Shown: positions 1 to 8,994, numbered from the stretch's first letter. The stretch is 41,471 nt of DNA from Phycisphaeraceae bacterium (GCA_040380385.1 JBEIJG010000001.1:1-41471), one strand, 5' to 3'. Translations and numbers: made by a program. Notes: generated by a model not told the origin, from the letters alone.

Positions 1-234
1 ATACTTGAGTTCCGGCCGGCAATCTGAGCGCGATTTGCGCTTCTTCTTCTCCGAGCAATCTCGACAAATCTTGTCGAAGAGCGCGCTCGGTGGGGATCGC
101 AGATGCGCCGAGCCCGATCGCCGCGCGGCATGTCCAACCGCGTTGCGCCTCAAGACTCTGCTTCGGTCTCGTTTCTTCAGTCGCAGCGCGGCAGCCCCGC
201 AAGATTCTGATCGCGCTCGCGCGAGCAGATCGCC

Positions 235-325
235 TGGTTTCCGCGTTGGTTTCCGCGTTGGTTCCCGAGTTGGGTTGTCAAGTCCCTGACACCCCAGCGA
301 TCCCTGTCACCTAGATCCCTGTCAC
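235..325. repeat. Promoter-proximal direct repeats: a 12-bp unit x4 and a second 12-mer x2-3
   Basis: tggtttccgcgt occurs perfectly at 235-246 and 247-258, with degenerate copies tggttcccgagt (259-270) and tgggttgtcaag (271-282). gatccctgtcac occurs at 299-310 and 314-325, with a related gtccctgacac at 282-292. All lie just upstream of the ATG at 357. Confidence 0.8.
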
Positions 326-356
326 TTTGGTCCGCAATCTCTTTGGAGTTCTCCTC

Positions 357-1046
357 ATGAAGTTTGGCTTTGCTTCGCTCGCTGTCCTCGCCGTCGCTTC
401 CAGCGCTTCGGCAGATCTCGTCTGCGGTTGGACGATCACCACCGCATTTCCAACCGGCGCCGGCAACGTCCCAACGGGCGTGACCTACGGAGTCGGTGCA
501 GGAGATCAGGGTGCGCTGACTGCAGGCTCGAGCCTCGACAGCGTTCACTCGAGCGCCGCGGCGACCTACACCTCGCCCGCAGGCAACGGCTCGCAGTACG
601 CGTTCTCGAGCAACAACTGGGCGATCGGTGATTACTACCAAGCGAAGTTCTCGACGCTCGGCTTCACCGACGCGATCACCGTCACGTGGGATCAGGCCCG
701 CAGCTCGACCGGTCCCAGCGCCTTCGAAGTGGTCTTCAGCACCGACGGTGGCACGAACTGGAACACCGCGCTCGCTTCCTACACTGTCCTTCAGTCGGGT
801 GGTGGCGGAGCGCCGGGCACGTGGTCATCAACCACCTACAACGCGCTCTACACGAACACCCTCGCGATCAGCGGCATCGAGAATCTCTCGGAGGTCCTCG
901 TCCGCTTCCGTGCCACGGGCGCGGCGGGCGGCGCGACGGGTTCGAACCGTATCGACAACGTCATGGTCTATTCCGGCGCCGTTCCGACCCCGGGCGCGGT
1001 TGCTCTCCTTGGACTCGCGGGTCTTGTTGGTCGTCGTCGCCGCTGA
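357..1046 (+). CDS. Secreted hypothetical protein with C-terminal PEP-CTERM sorting signal
   Basis: ORF 327..1046. The in-frame ATG at 357 gives the signal peptide MKFGFASLAVLAVASSASA. The C-terminus VPTPGAVALLGLAGLVGRRRR has a P-x-P motif, a hydrophobic helix and an Arg cluster. Confidence 0.8.
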   Translation: MKFGFASLAVLAVASSASADLVCGWTITTAFPTGAGNVPTGVTYGVGAGDQGALTAGSSLDSVHSSAAATYTSPAGNGSQYAFSSNNWAIGDYYQAKFSTLGFTDAITVTWDQARSSTGPSAFEVVFSTDGGTNWNTALASYTVLQSGGGGAPGTWSSTTYNALYTNTLAISGIENLSEVLVRFRATGAAGGATGSNRIDNVMVYSGAVPTPGAVALLGLAGLVGRRRR

Positions 1047-1118
1047 GCCGAAAGGCGCAGTAGGTGAGCGTCGTGGGCGGCGGGTGGAAAGCGTAGCCCA
1101 GCAAGAAACGCAACCGCG

Positions 1119-1150
1119 GGCCAGCCGAAAGGCTGGCCTGCGGTGTTTTT
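1119..1150. terminator. Intrinsic terminator hairpin between convergent genes
   Basis: ggccagcc-gaaa-ggctggcc (8-bp GC stem, GNRA loop) followed by tgcggtgttttt. Confidence 0.6.
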
Positions 1151-1231
1151 CATCATCCTGTTGTCTGAGCAGTGCGGCGAGGGATGGCGATGTATGGCGA
1201 GGCACGGCGAGACACGCCGCGCGCAATCCGT

Positions 1232-2359
1232 TCAGCAATCTCCCCACGCGCCGAGCAGGATCGCGAGATCCGAAGCGTCGACCGTGCCTGCGCCGTCGAG
1301 GTTGGCAGCGCTCTTCGTGGCACCCCAGTCGCCGAGGAGGGCCGCGAGATCCGCGGCGTTGACTTGGCCACTGCCGTCGACATCACCAACGCACGGCGCC
1401 GACGGCGTGAAGCGCGTAATCCAGCGGAAACTCGCTCCGAGCTGATTCACGACGTTCGCGTTGAGGAAAGTCTTGCCGTCGATCACATCGACCCGCGTGC
1501 CGCCCGTGTAGAGGTAGTCGCCGTTGTCGAGGAGATAGCAGCCGCGTGGCGAGAGGAAGACTTCCGGCGACGTGAAGCCGCCCGAGCCCTGACCAACCGA
1601 GTCGAAGAAGAAGATTCCCCACGGATCGCTGAAGCCCGTCAGCATGATGCCGCCATCGGGAAGTGCCTGGATTTGCTGCGGGAAATCGAAACTGATCACG
1701 CCGTCAGAATCAGCAAACGGCACCGACGAAACTACGCCAGTCGCGTTGACGAACTCGATGTCGTCCGTCGTCGAGTTGCCAACGAGGAATCCCGAGCCAA
1801 ACGGAATGATGCCGCGCGGGTCGCCTTCGGCGGCGAAGTCGGCGAAGACGGTCGGCGGCGCGCCACTGCCATCAAGCGCGACGCGGAAGACCTTGCCCGC
1901 ACCAGAACTGAAACCACTCGTGAAGTAGGCGAAACCGTCCTTCACACAGATTCCATAGGCGCCCGTGGTCACGCCATCGGTGACCGACGCAAGCGTGCGG
2001 AGATACGTGCCGGACTCCGAATACTCGAAGACTTTGTCCTCCTGCTCATCGGTCATGAGCAGGGTGCCGTTGCCACTCGGCACGATCTGAATGATCTGCT
2101 TCATGATCCCGTCGGCCGGGAAGTAGTTGTTGCTGATGAAGGTGCCGTCGGAGGCGTTGAAGGCCCAGACCTTGTCGGCGCCGGAGTCGGGAATGAGCAG
2201 GATGTCACCGGCCGCGTGCGCGAGCGAAACGGCGCCGAACGCGGCGATACACGCGGCGATGCGCGGGGCGAGAGCCGACGGTGCAAGAGCAGCCGAGGTG
2301 AGTGCCGAAGGGGAGAAAATCCGAGCGAGGGAAGTCGACGAGGGGAGGGCGCGAAGCAT
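1232..2359 (-). CDS. Secreted repeat (beta-propeller-like) protein with C-terminal dockerin-type repeats
   Basis: ORF 1232..2599. The internal ATG at 2359 (MLRALPSSTSLARIF...AFGAVSLAHA) gives a signal peptide. The C-terminus has two dockerin/EF-hand-like repeats, DVDGSGQVNAADLAALLGDWG and LDGAGTVDASDLAILLGAWG. Confidence 0.7.
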   Translation of the reverse strand: MLRALPSSTSLARIFSPSALTSAALAPSALAPRIAACIAAFGAVSLAHAAGDILLIPDSGADKVWAFNASDGTFISNNYFPADGIMKQIIQIVPSGNGTLLMTDEQEDKVFEYSESGTYLRTLASVTDGVTTGAYGICVKDGFAYFTSGFSSGAGKVFRVALDGSGAPPTVFADFAAEGDPRGIIPFGSGFLVGNSTTDDIEFVNATGVVSSVPFADSDGVISFDFPQQIQALPDGGIMLTGFSDPWGIFFFDSVGQGSGGFTSPEVFLSPRGCYLLDNGDYLYTGGTRVDVIDGKTFLNANVVNQLGASFRWITRFTPSAPCVGDVDGSGQVNAADLAALLGDWGATKSAANLDGAGTVDASDLAILLGAWGDC

Positions 2360-2528
2360 CGGCGGATTATCACACGGTCTTCCGTGTGGGCAAGCCAAAG
2401 TCTGATCCTGAGCGCAGTTCGCGGGGATTTCACGCTCGAAAGCAAGGGACCGCTCGTGCGCAGGCCCGAGATCCGAAGTGGAAACGTCCTTGGCACGGTG
2501 GTTGCCTTCTGGTGGCGGAGTCTCCGCC

Positions 2529-4508
2529 ATGAGCGCAATTCCTGCCAACCTCGCCCGCGTTCCGAACCTTTTGGCGTCGAGAATTGCGCTTGGCGGCATT
2601 CAAGGCACCAATCGCGAGCTGCTTTTGCTGCAAGTTCGGCTCGCGAGCGGGAAGGAGTTCTCGCGTCCCTCGGAGAACGCGATCGGCGCCTCGACCGTCA
2701 CCGTTTTGGATGACGTCATCGAACGCCGCGACCAACGCATCCGAAACCTCTCCCAAGCCGACGCCACGCTGAACTCGCTCGACGCGGCCCTCGCGGACGT
2801 CTCCGACATCCTGCAGGAGGCGAAGGGGATCGGCCTCTCGCAAATCGGTGTTGGTTCCGACGAAGCCACGCGGCGCAATCAAGCGGCCGTCATCGACTCG
2901 ATGCTCGGATCGCTTACCTCGATCGCAAATCGCGATATCCGCGGCATTCACATCTTCGGTGGCGACGCGCACGCGAAGGCTCCCTTCACGAGTCTCCTTT
3001 CCGGCTTGCGTTACACCGGTACGGGCGCGGGTATGCGCGCCGACCTCGGTCTTGCAAGCGACATCCGTGTCACGATGGGCGGCGAGCAGGCGTTTGGTGC
3101 GCTCTCCGGCCGTGTGAAAGGCGATCGCGATCTTGATCCGTCGATGACCACCGCCACGCGTTTGGCAGACCTTCGTGGTGCGAACGGGAACGGCGTCCGC
3201 GCAGGCACGATTGAAGTCGAAGTGAACGGGACGGTCACGTCGGTTGACCTCTCTGACGCCGACAACGTGGGCGACGTCCTCAACCGCATTGCCACCGCGA
3301 TTCAAGCGACCGATCCAGGTGCAACCGTCGCGATCGACGCGGCCAGCGGCGACCGTCTCGCGATCACCCCAACCGTCGGCAACACCGTTGTCATTCGCGA
3401 TTCGAACTCGACGACCACGGCGGGCGACCTCGGACTTGCAGGGACTTACGCGGGCGGCGCGACCACGACGGGCCTCGATCTCGACCCGAAGATGACCGAG
3501 CTCACGCGGCTCGACAGCCTCTCGGGAATGACGCTCCCGCTCGGCGAAATCGTCATTCGCAACGGCGGTCAGGCGCGACGTTTCGACCTCGCGACCTTCG
3601 ACACGGTGCAGGATTTTCAGAACGCTGTCGCTGCTTCAGGTATCGGCGTGCGCGTTGAGATTTCAGAAGACGCCACGAGACTCAACGTCCGCAACGAACT
3701 CTCGGGCGCAACGATGTCGGTCGAAGAACTTGGCGGGACCACGGCGACTGAACTCGGCATCCGCTCCTTCGCTGGCTCGACGCTGCTTGCTGATTTCAAC
3801 GAGGGTCGCGGTGTGCGGCAAGCCGACGGCGCGATCGACGCGACAACGGGTCTTCCCGATCCAGCGGCCGATCGCGATATGCGCATCACGTTGAAGGACG
3901 GGCGCGCATTCGAAGTTGAAATCGATGGCGACCTGACGGTGGAAGATGTTCTTGATTCGATCAACAACGCGGCGGCGGCGGCGGGAATCACGCCTGCCGA
4001 GTTCACCGCGGCGCTTGCGTCGACCGGAAACGGCATCGAACTCACCGATACGACGACGGGCACCACAACGCTCGTTGAAGACATCAACAACTCGAACACC
4101 GCGACCGATCTCGGGATCGCGGGCTCGACCAATGCGGCAACTTTGAGCGGAACGGATCGCGCAACTGTTGCCGTTGACAGCGTTTTCGCGCACTTGATGT
4201 CGCTCCGAGAGGCGCTTCTCGCCAATGACGAGCGTGGCATTGAGTTTGCGACAGAGAAACTCGAAGCCGACCTCGGCCGCGCGACGGAAGCGCGTGCAGA
4301 TGTCGGAGTTCGATCTCGGCGTCTCGCGGAAGCGACGGCGCGCGAGGAAGAACTTGGAATTCAGGACATGGCACTTCGCTCAAGCATTCAGGACCTCGAC
4401 TTCACCGCCGCGGCGACCCGATTCGCGAGCCTCCAGCAACAGCTGGAAGCCGGACTCGCGGGCGCTTCTCGTGCAGTGAATCTCAGTCTTCTCGATTTCT
4501 TGCGCTAG
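2529..4508 (+). CDS. flgL: Flagellar hook-associated protein 3 (hook-filament junction), unusually long
   Basis: The N-terminus MSAIPANLARVPNLLASRIALGGIQ...LLLLQVRLASG is flagellin-N-like. The C-terminus RSSIQDLDFTAAATRFASLQQQLEAGLAGASRAVNLSLLDFLR is flagellin-C-like. The gene sits immediately upstream of fliW-csrA-flagellin. The start was chosen at the ATG at 2529 inside ORF 2478..4508. Confidence 0.75.
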   Translation: MSAIPANLARVPNLLASRIALGGIQGTNRELLLLQVRLASGKEFSRPSENAIGASTVTVLDDVIERRDQRIRNLSQADATLNSLDAALADVSDILQEAKGIGLSQIGVGSDEATRRNQAAVIDSMLGSLTSIANRDIRGIHIFGGDAHAKAPFTSLLSGLRYTGTGAGMRADLGLASDIRVTMGGEQAFGALSGRVKGDRDLDPSMTTATRLADLRGANGNGVRAGTIEVEVNGTVTSVDLSDADNVGDVLNRIATAIQATDPGATVAIDAASGDRLAITPTVGNTVVIRDSNSTTTAGDLGLAGTYAGGATTTGLDLDPKMTELTRLDSLSGMTLPLGEIVIRNGGQARRFDLATFDTVQDFQNAVAASGIGVRVEISEDATRLNVRNELSGATMSVEELGGTTATELGIRSFAGSTLLADFNEGRGVRQADGAIDATTGLPDPAADRDMRITLKDGRAFEVEIDGDLTVEDVLDSINNAAAAAGITPAEFTAALASTGNGIELTDTTTGTTTLVEDINNSNTATDLGIAGSTNAATLSGTDRATVAVDSVFAHLMSLREALLANDERGIEFATEKLEADLGRATEARADVGVRSRRLAEATAREEELGIQDMALRSSIQDLDFTAAATRFASLQQQLEAGLAGASRAVNLSLLDFLR

Positions 4509-4633
4509 TGAAGAGTTCGCCGCGTGTGACGCGGCAAACCATGCGAGGGCGCGGCCCCTTCGCATGGAAGGGCTGGAGCCCGACCGGCATGGATGCCGGA
4601 AGCAAGGAGTGTTTGGCCGACGGAGTAATGGCA

Positions 4634-5080
4634 ATGCTGATTCAGACCACGCGCTTCGGCGCCGTCGAGATCGACGACTCCCGCATGCTCGAGTTCCCCG
4701 CTGGACTGCTGGGCTTCTCGAGCTATCGCACCTTCGCGCTTCTTCAGCCCGACGACAACGGCGTCTTCTTCTGGTTGCAATCAACCGAAAGCCCAGACCT
4801 CGCGTTCGTCGTGACTGATCCGGCGCTCTGGATTGCCGACTTCCAAGCCAACATCCGTAAGGAGCAGATGGAAGAACTCGGCATGACGGAGACCACCGAC
4901 GCGCAGGTGCTTGTCATCGTCAACAAGCGCGATCAGTCGCTCACTGCGAATCTGCAGGGGCCACTCGTCGTGAATCCTACGAACCGTCGAGCGATGCAGT
5001 TGGTGCTCGCAGAGAAGAAGTGGTCGACGCGTCACGAGCTCGTGAAGCTCGCGGAAGCAGTGACCGCGAAGATTGCATAA
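4634..5080 (+). CDS. fliW: Flagellar assembly factor FliW
   Basis: MLIQTTRFGAVEIDDSRMLEFPAGLLGFSSYRTFALL matches the FliW N-terminal pattern. GGAG lies 8 nt upstream of the ATG at 4634, and an alternative ATG lies at 4628. The gene is located between flgL and csrA. Confidence 0.85.
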   Translation: MLIQTTRFGAVEIDDSRMLEFPAGLLGFSSYRTFALLQPDDNGVFFWLQSTESPDLAFVVTDPALWIADFQANIRKEQMEELGMTETTDAQVLVIVNKRDQSLTANLQGPLVVNPTNRRAMQLVLAEKKWSTRHELVKLAEAVTAKIA

Positions 5081-5179
5081 CCGTCGCTTCGGCGGCGGGT
5101 GGATGGCGCCGGCGCGACGCGCTGGCGAAACGGACACGGATGGACTTTCACTGGGCACGGATGCCCAAGGAGCCCGCGG

Positions 5180-5491
5180 ATGTTGGTGCTCTCACGACAG
5201 CGAGATGAAACAATCATGATCGGAGACGACGTCGAACTGACGATCGTCGACATCCGAGGCGACAAGGTGCGGATCGGTATCAAAGCCCCCGCAACCGTGG
5301 CTGTGCACCGCAAAGAGGTGTACGACGCCATTCGAAACGAGAACCAGCAAGCAGCGGCTTTCCGCGGTGAACTGGGGACTTTCCGTCCGCGCGGGAGTGC
5401 GCGCGGCGGCGCAAGTACGACAGGCGGGACGGTCCTGCCTGCAGCCGCGAAGCTCGCGGCAACCCACACCGGCAGGCGCGAAACCGCCTGA
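5180..5491 (+). CDS. csrA: Carbon storage regulator CsrA (flagellar type) with extended C-terminal tail
   Basis: [59 protein letters not shown] is a canonical CsrA core. The start is the ATG at 5180 within ORF 5099..5491. Confidence 0.9.
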   Translation: MLVLSRQRDETIMIGDDVELTIVDIRGDKVRIGIKAPATVAVHRKEVYDAIRNENQQAAAFRGELGTFRPRGSARGGASTTGGTVLPAAAKLAATHTGRRETA

Positions 5492-5496
5492 CCCGT

Positions 5497-5543
5497 CCGG
5501 GGAGACAGAAGCCCCGGTTCACGGGCCTCTCAGTCAAGGAGGA
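5497..5543 (+). promoter_or_regulatory. Candidate CsrA-binding leader of flagellin 1: a GGA hairpin plus a GGA-containing SD
   Basis: Hairpin ccgggg-agacagaag-ccccgg (5497-5517) has GGAGA at the stem-loop junction. AGGAGGA lies at 5537-5543, 6 nt before the ATG at 5549. Confidence 0.5.
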
Positions 5544-5548
5544 TTGCC

Positions 5549-7018
5549 ATGGCTCGCATCAATACGAACGTTCCGTCGCTCATTGCGCAGAACAACCTCA
5601 ATCGCTCGAACAACGACCTCTCCACTCGCCTTCAACGCCTTTCGACCGGCCTCCGCATCAATCGTGGTGCCGACGATCCCGCTGGCCTCATCGTCAGCGA
5701 GCGTCTGCGCTCCGAGATCAAAGGCATGGGACAGGCGATCGACAACTCGGAACGCGCGAGTTCCGTCATCGCAACGACCGAAGGCTACCTCGCCGAAGTC
5801 GCGGATCTCTTGAACTCGATCAAGAGTCTCGTGGTGAACAGCGCGAACACGGGTGGTATCTCTTCGGAAGAGGTTGCGGCGAACCAACTCGAAATCGACA
5901 GCGCGATTGAATCGATCACGCGCATTTCGAACACCGCAAGTTTCGCGGGATTGCAGCTGCTCAACGGCTCGCTTGAGTACGTGACGAGCGGCATCAACGC
6001 AGCGAACATCGCGGGTGTCGATGTCCACGGCGTCCAGTTCGGTACGAACTCATCGATCGCTGTGTCGGTGGAAGTGACGCAATCTGCGCAAACAGGCGCG
6101 CTCTTCTTGTCTGCTCCGACTGGCGCACTTGCGTCGAGTGTGACGCTTGAAGTCGCGGGCAAGCTCGGCGTGCAGACACTGACGTTCGTCTCAGGCACTG
6201 CGCTTTCCGCAGTGATTGCCGCGGTCAACACCGTGCGTGATACGACGGGCATCAGCGCGAGCCTTCGCAACGGCGCGAGCCAGCTCTCGGGTCTTTACTT
6301 CAACTCGACTGGCTTCGGCAGCGACGCGTTCGTGTCGGTGCGCAAGATCGGTTCGGGCGGCGCATTCTTCCAAACGTATTCGGCGCCTGGTGGCACGGCA
6401 ACGCAGCGCGATACTGGTCGCGATGTCAGTGCAATCATCAACGGCGCACTTGCGACTGGAAACGGAACGACCGTCTCGCTCAACACGCCGGCGCTCGCCG
6501 TCGACATGGATCTCTCGCAAAGCTTCGCGACGGCGGTCAGCGGTACTCCTTCGAGTTTCCGCATCACCGGCGGTGGCGCGACGTTCCAACTTGGACCGTC
6601 GATCACCACGACGCAGCAGGTCGGTATCGGTATTCAATCGGTTGCGGCAAGCCGCATTGGTGGCTCGTCGATCGAAGGCGCGCGGTACTTCCTCGACAGC
6701 CTCAAGAGCGGTCAAGCGAACTCGCTGCTCCTCGGTCGAACGGCTGAAGCGAGCGAAGTGCTCGATCAAGCGATCACTGAAGTCTCGGTGTTGCGCGGTC
6801 GACTTGGCGCTTTCGAACGCAACACGCTGCAGACCAACTCACGCAGTCTGCAGATCGGCCTCGAGAACATCACGTCGAGTGAGTCGAAGATTCGTGACAC
6901 CGACTTCGCAGCTGAAACAGCAGCGATGACTCGTGCGCAGATCCTGCAGCAAGCGGGTACGTCCGTCCTCGCGACGGCGAACTCGAGTGCGCAGAACGTG
7001 TTGCGACTCCTCCAGTGA
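5549..7018 (+). CDS. fliC: Flagellin
   Basis: N-terminus MARINTNVPSLIAQNNLNRSNNDLSTRLQRLSTGLRINRGADDPAGL. C-terminus IRDTDFAAETAAMTRAQILQQAGTSVLATANSSAQNVLRLLQ. Confidence 0.95.
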   Translation: MARINTNVPSLIAQNNLNRSNNDLSTRLQRLSTGLRINRGADDPAGLIVSERLRSEIKGMGQAIDNSERASSVIATTEGYLAEVADLLNSIKSLVVNSANTGGISSEEVAANQLEIDSAIESITRISNTASFAGLQLLNGSLEYVTSGINAANIAGVDVHGVQFGTNSSIAVSVEVTQSAQTGALFLSAPTGALASSVTLEVAGKLGVQTLTFVSGTALSAVIAAVNTVRDTTGISASLRNGASQLSGLYFNSTGFGSDAFVSVRKIGSGGAFFQTYSAPGGTATQRDTGRDVSAIINGALATGNGTTVSLNTPALAVDMDLSQSFATAVSGTPSSFRITGGGATFQLGPSITTTQQVGIGIQSVAASRIGGSSIEGARYFLDSLKSGQANSLLLGRTAEASEVLDQAITEVSVLRGRLGAFERNTLQTNSRSLQIGLENITSSESKIRDTDFAAETAAMTRAQILQQAGTSVLATANSSAQNVLRLLQ

Positions 7019-7066
7019 GTTTCGCGCGGGCTTGAGCCCGCCCGAACAGTCGTTACAGCCCTCCCA

Positions 7067-7100
7067 AACCGCCCGGCACGCGCCGGGCGGTTTTGTTTTT
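7067..7100 (+). terminator. Rho-independent terminator after flagellin 1
   Basis: ccgcccggc-acgc-gccgggcgg followed by ttttgttttt. Confidence 0.85.
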
Positions 7101-7434
7101 GGAAAGTTTCCTGAACCCCTCCGCTCGACCTCCGCAGGTCCATGCCCGTTATCGAGGTTGGAATGGGCTTTGAGCCAGCTCGGAACATGCGGCTTTCGCC
7201 TGATCCCGGCGGGGTTTGCACGAATCGTGCGGGAAATGCGCCCTGTGAATGAAGTCGCCTTCCTCGACTTCCGATCTCCAAGCCGTCGGGAACCTCAGTC
7301 CCGAATCGTTTCCGGGTGCAGGACGCGCCTTCCAACTTCAGTCGGACCCGTTGGAGGAACCAACGAGTATCGAAACAGGCCACCGCGAACGCGGCGGGCG
7401 CGAGCGCCCCAAGGCGGGGGCGGTCGAGAGAAAC

Positions 7435-7462
7435 GCCGGAGATCCCGGCAAATCACGGAGGA
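7435..7462 (+). promoter_or_regulatory. Candidate CsrA-binding leader of flagellin 2
   Basis: Hairpin gccgg-agatc-ccggc (7435-7449) again has GGAGA at the stem-loop junction. GGAGGA lies at 7457-7462, 8 nt before the ATG at 7471. Confidence 0.5.
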
Positions 7463-7470
7463 CAGCAGTC

Positions 7471-8937
7471 ATGAGTCGTATCAATCAGAACATTCCATCG
7501 CTCATTGCTCAGCGCGTGCTGGGCGGTCAGAACAAGGGTCTGGCCCAGAGCCTTCAGCGCCTTTCGACCGGTCTCCGCATCAACCGCGGCGCCGACGATC
7601 CAGCAGGCCTGATCGCGTCGGAAAACCTCCGCGCGGAAAAGACCGCGATCAACAGCGCGATCTCGAACTCGCAGCGCGCTGAGCAGGTCGTGAACGTCGC
7701 CGAAGGTGGTCTCCAGGAAGTTTCGAACATGCTTGTCGAACTCCAGGGCCTCGTCGGTGCAACCGCAAACGAAGCAGGCGTCTCGCAAGAAGAACGCGAC
7801 GCAAACCAGCTCCAGATCGACTCGATCCTTCAGACGATCGACCGTATCGCAAACGCGACGAGCTTCCAGGGCACCAAGCTTCTCAACGGTAACTTCGATT
7901 ACACGGTCTCGGGTCAGTCGACCTCGCTCACCGATGTGACGATCAACGCCGCGAAGTTGTCGGATGCTGGCACCGCCCGTGCGGTGACCGTGACCGTCCT
8001 TCAGTCGGCTCAGACCGGCGCCGTGTTCCTCTCAACGGGTGCAACCTTCGGCAACGGCGGTTCGGGCGAAGTTTCGTTCGAAATCACCGGTGAGAAGGGC
8101 GTCCAGCAGTTCACCTTCGCGTCGGGTACCTCGCAGGCCAACATGCTCGCCGCCATCAACAGCTTCAAGGACGCGCTCGGCGTCTCGGCTGTGCAGGCGA
8201 CCGACACGGCCCGCGTCCAGATCAACTCGACCGGTTACGGCGCCGATGCGTTCGTCCGCGTCAAGGAACTCTCCAACGAGAACACGACGAGCTTCATCTT
8301 CGCATCGAACGCCTCTGCATCGGCTGTCGACGATCTCAAGGACAGTGGCCGCAACGCCACCGTCCTCATCAACGGCACCCAGGCCACTACGGACGGCCTG
8401 ACTGCCCGCGTCTCGAGCGACGGTTTCGACGTCAGCGTCTCGATCGGTGGTACGAGCTCGCTCAACGCCGCTGGTCAGTCGACGACGTTCAACATCACCG
8501 GTGGTGGTGCGAACTTCAACCTCGCTCCGTCGGTGAACCTCGCTGGTAAGGTCTCGCTCGGTATCGAAACGGTCACCACGGGTAACCTCGGTGGTGGCGG
8601 CGCAGGCTTCCTCTCGAACCTCAAGTCGGGTGGTACTGCGAACGTCCAGAACGGCGACCTCTCGAAGGCGCAGGAAGTGATCGACGCAGCAATCAAGCAG
8701 GTTTCGAGCCTCCGCGGTCGTCTCGGCGCGTTCCAGAAGAACGTCGTCGGCGCCACGATCTCGAGCCTCGGCGTTGCACTCGAGAACACGACCGCCGCTG
8801 AAAGCGCGATCCGCGACACGGACTTCGCTGCGGAAACCGCTGCGATGACTCGTGCGCAGATCCTCTCGCAGGCTGCGACCCAGTCGTTGGCGCTCTCGAA
8901 CAGCGCGCCTCAGCAAGTGCTCTCGCTCATCGGCTAA
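7471..8937 (+). CDS. fliC: Flagellin (second paralog)
   Basis: MSRINQNIPSLIAQRVLGGQNKGLAQSLQRLSTGLRINRGADDPAGL ... IRDTDFAAETAAMTRAQILSQAATQSLALSNSAPQQVLSLIG. The start is the ATG at 7471 inside ORF 7249..8937, preceded by an SD. Confidence 0.95.
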   Translation: MSRINQNIPSLIAQRVLGGQNKGLAQSLQRLSTGLRINRGADDPAGLIASENLRAEKTAINSAISNSQRAEQVVNVAEGGLQEVSNMLVELQGLVGATANEAGVSQEERDANQLQIDSILQTIDRIANATSFQGTKLLNGNFDYTVSGQSTSLTDVTINAAKLSDAGTARAVTVTVLQSAQTGAVFLSTGATFGNGGSGEVSFEITGEKGVQQFTFASGTSQANMLAAINSFKDALGVSAVQATDTARVQINSTGYGADAFVRVKELSNENTTSFIFASNASASAVDDLKDSGRNATVLINGTQATTDGLTARVSSDGFDVSVSIGGTSSLNAAGQSTTFNITGGGANFNLAPSVNLAGKVSLGIETVTTGNLGGGGAGFLSNLKSGGTANVQNGDLSKAQEVIDAAIKQVSSLRGRLGAFQKNVVGATISSLGVALENTTAAESAIRDTDFAAETAAMTRAQILSQAATQSLALSNSAPQQVLSLIG

Positions 8938-8994
8938 GCCCTCGGGCTCACCGAGAGCGGGGCGGAGGCGCCCGCAAGGGATACATGAGAAAGA

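Noticed and set aside
1172-2713. 513-aa ORF on the + strand
   Set aside because: It is antisense to the well-supported dockerin-tailed secreted protein and runs into the flgL start. The translation is Arg/Glu/Ala-rich low-complexity with no motifs, typical of a high-GC shadow ORF.
2430-4240. Several 170-290-aa minus-strand ORFs inside flgL (2430..3305, 3617..4240, 3663..4193)
   Set aside because: They are shadow frames of flgL with low-complexity translations.
7249-7470. Long N-terminal extensions in the ORF track: flagellin 2 from 7249, FG-GAP from 24696, pheT from 31694, protease from 24110, fliW from 4508, csrA from 5099
   Set aside because: In each case the conserved family N-terminus or a signal peptide begins at an internal ATG or GTG. 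The extensions are unconserved-looking, and some cross divergent promoters or repeats.
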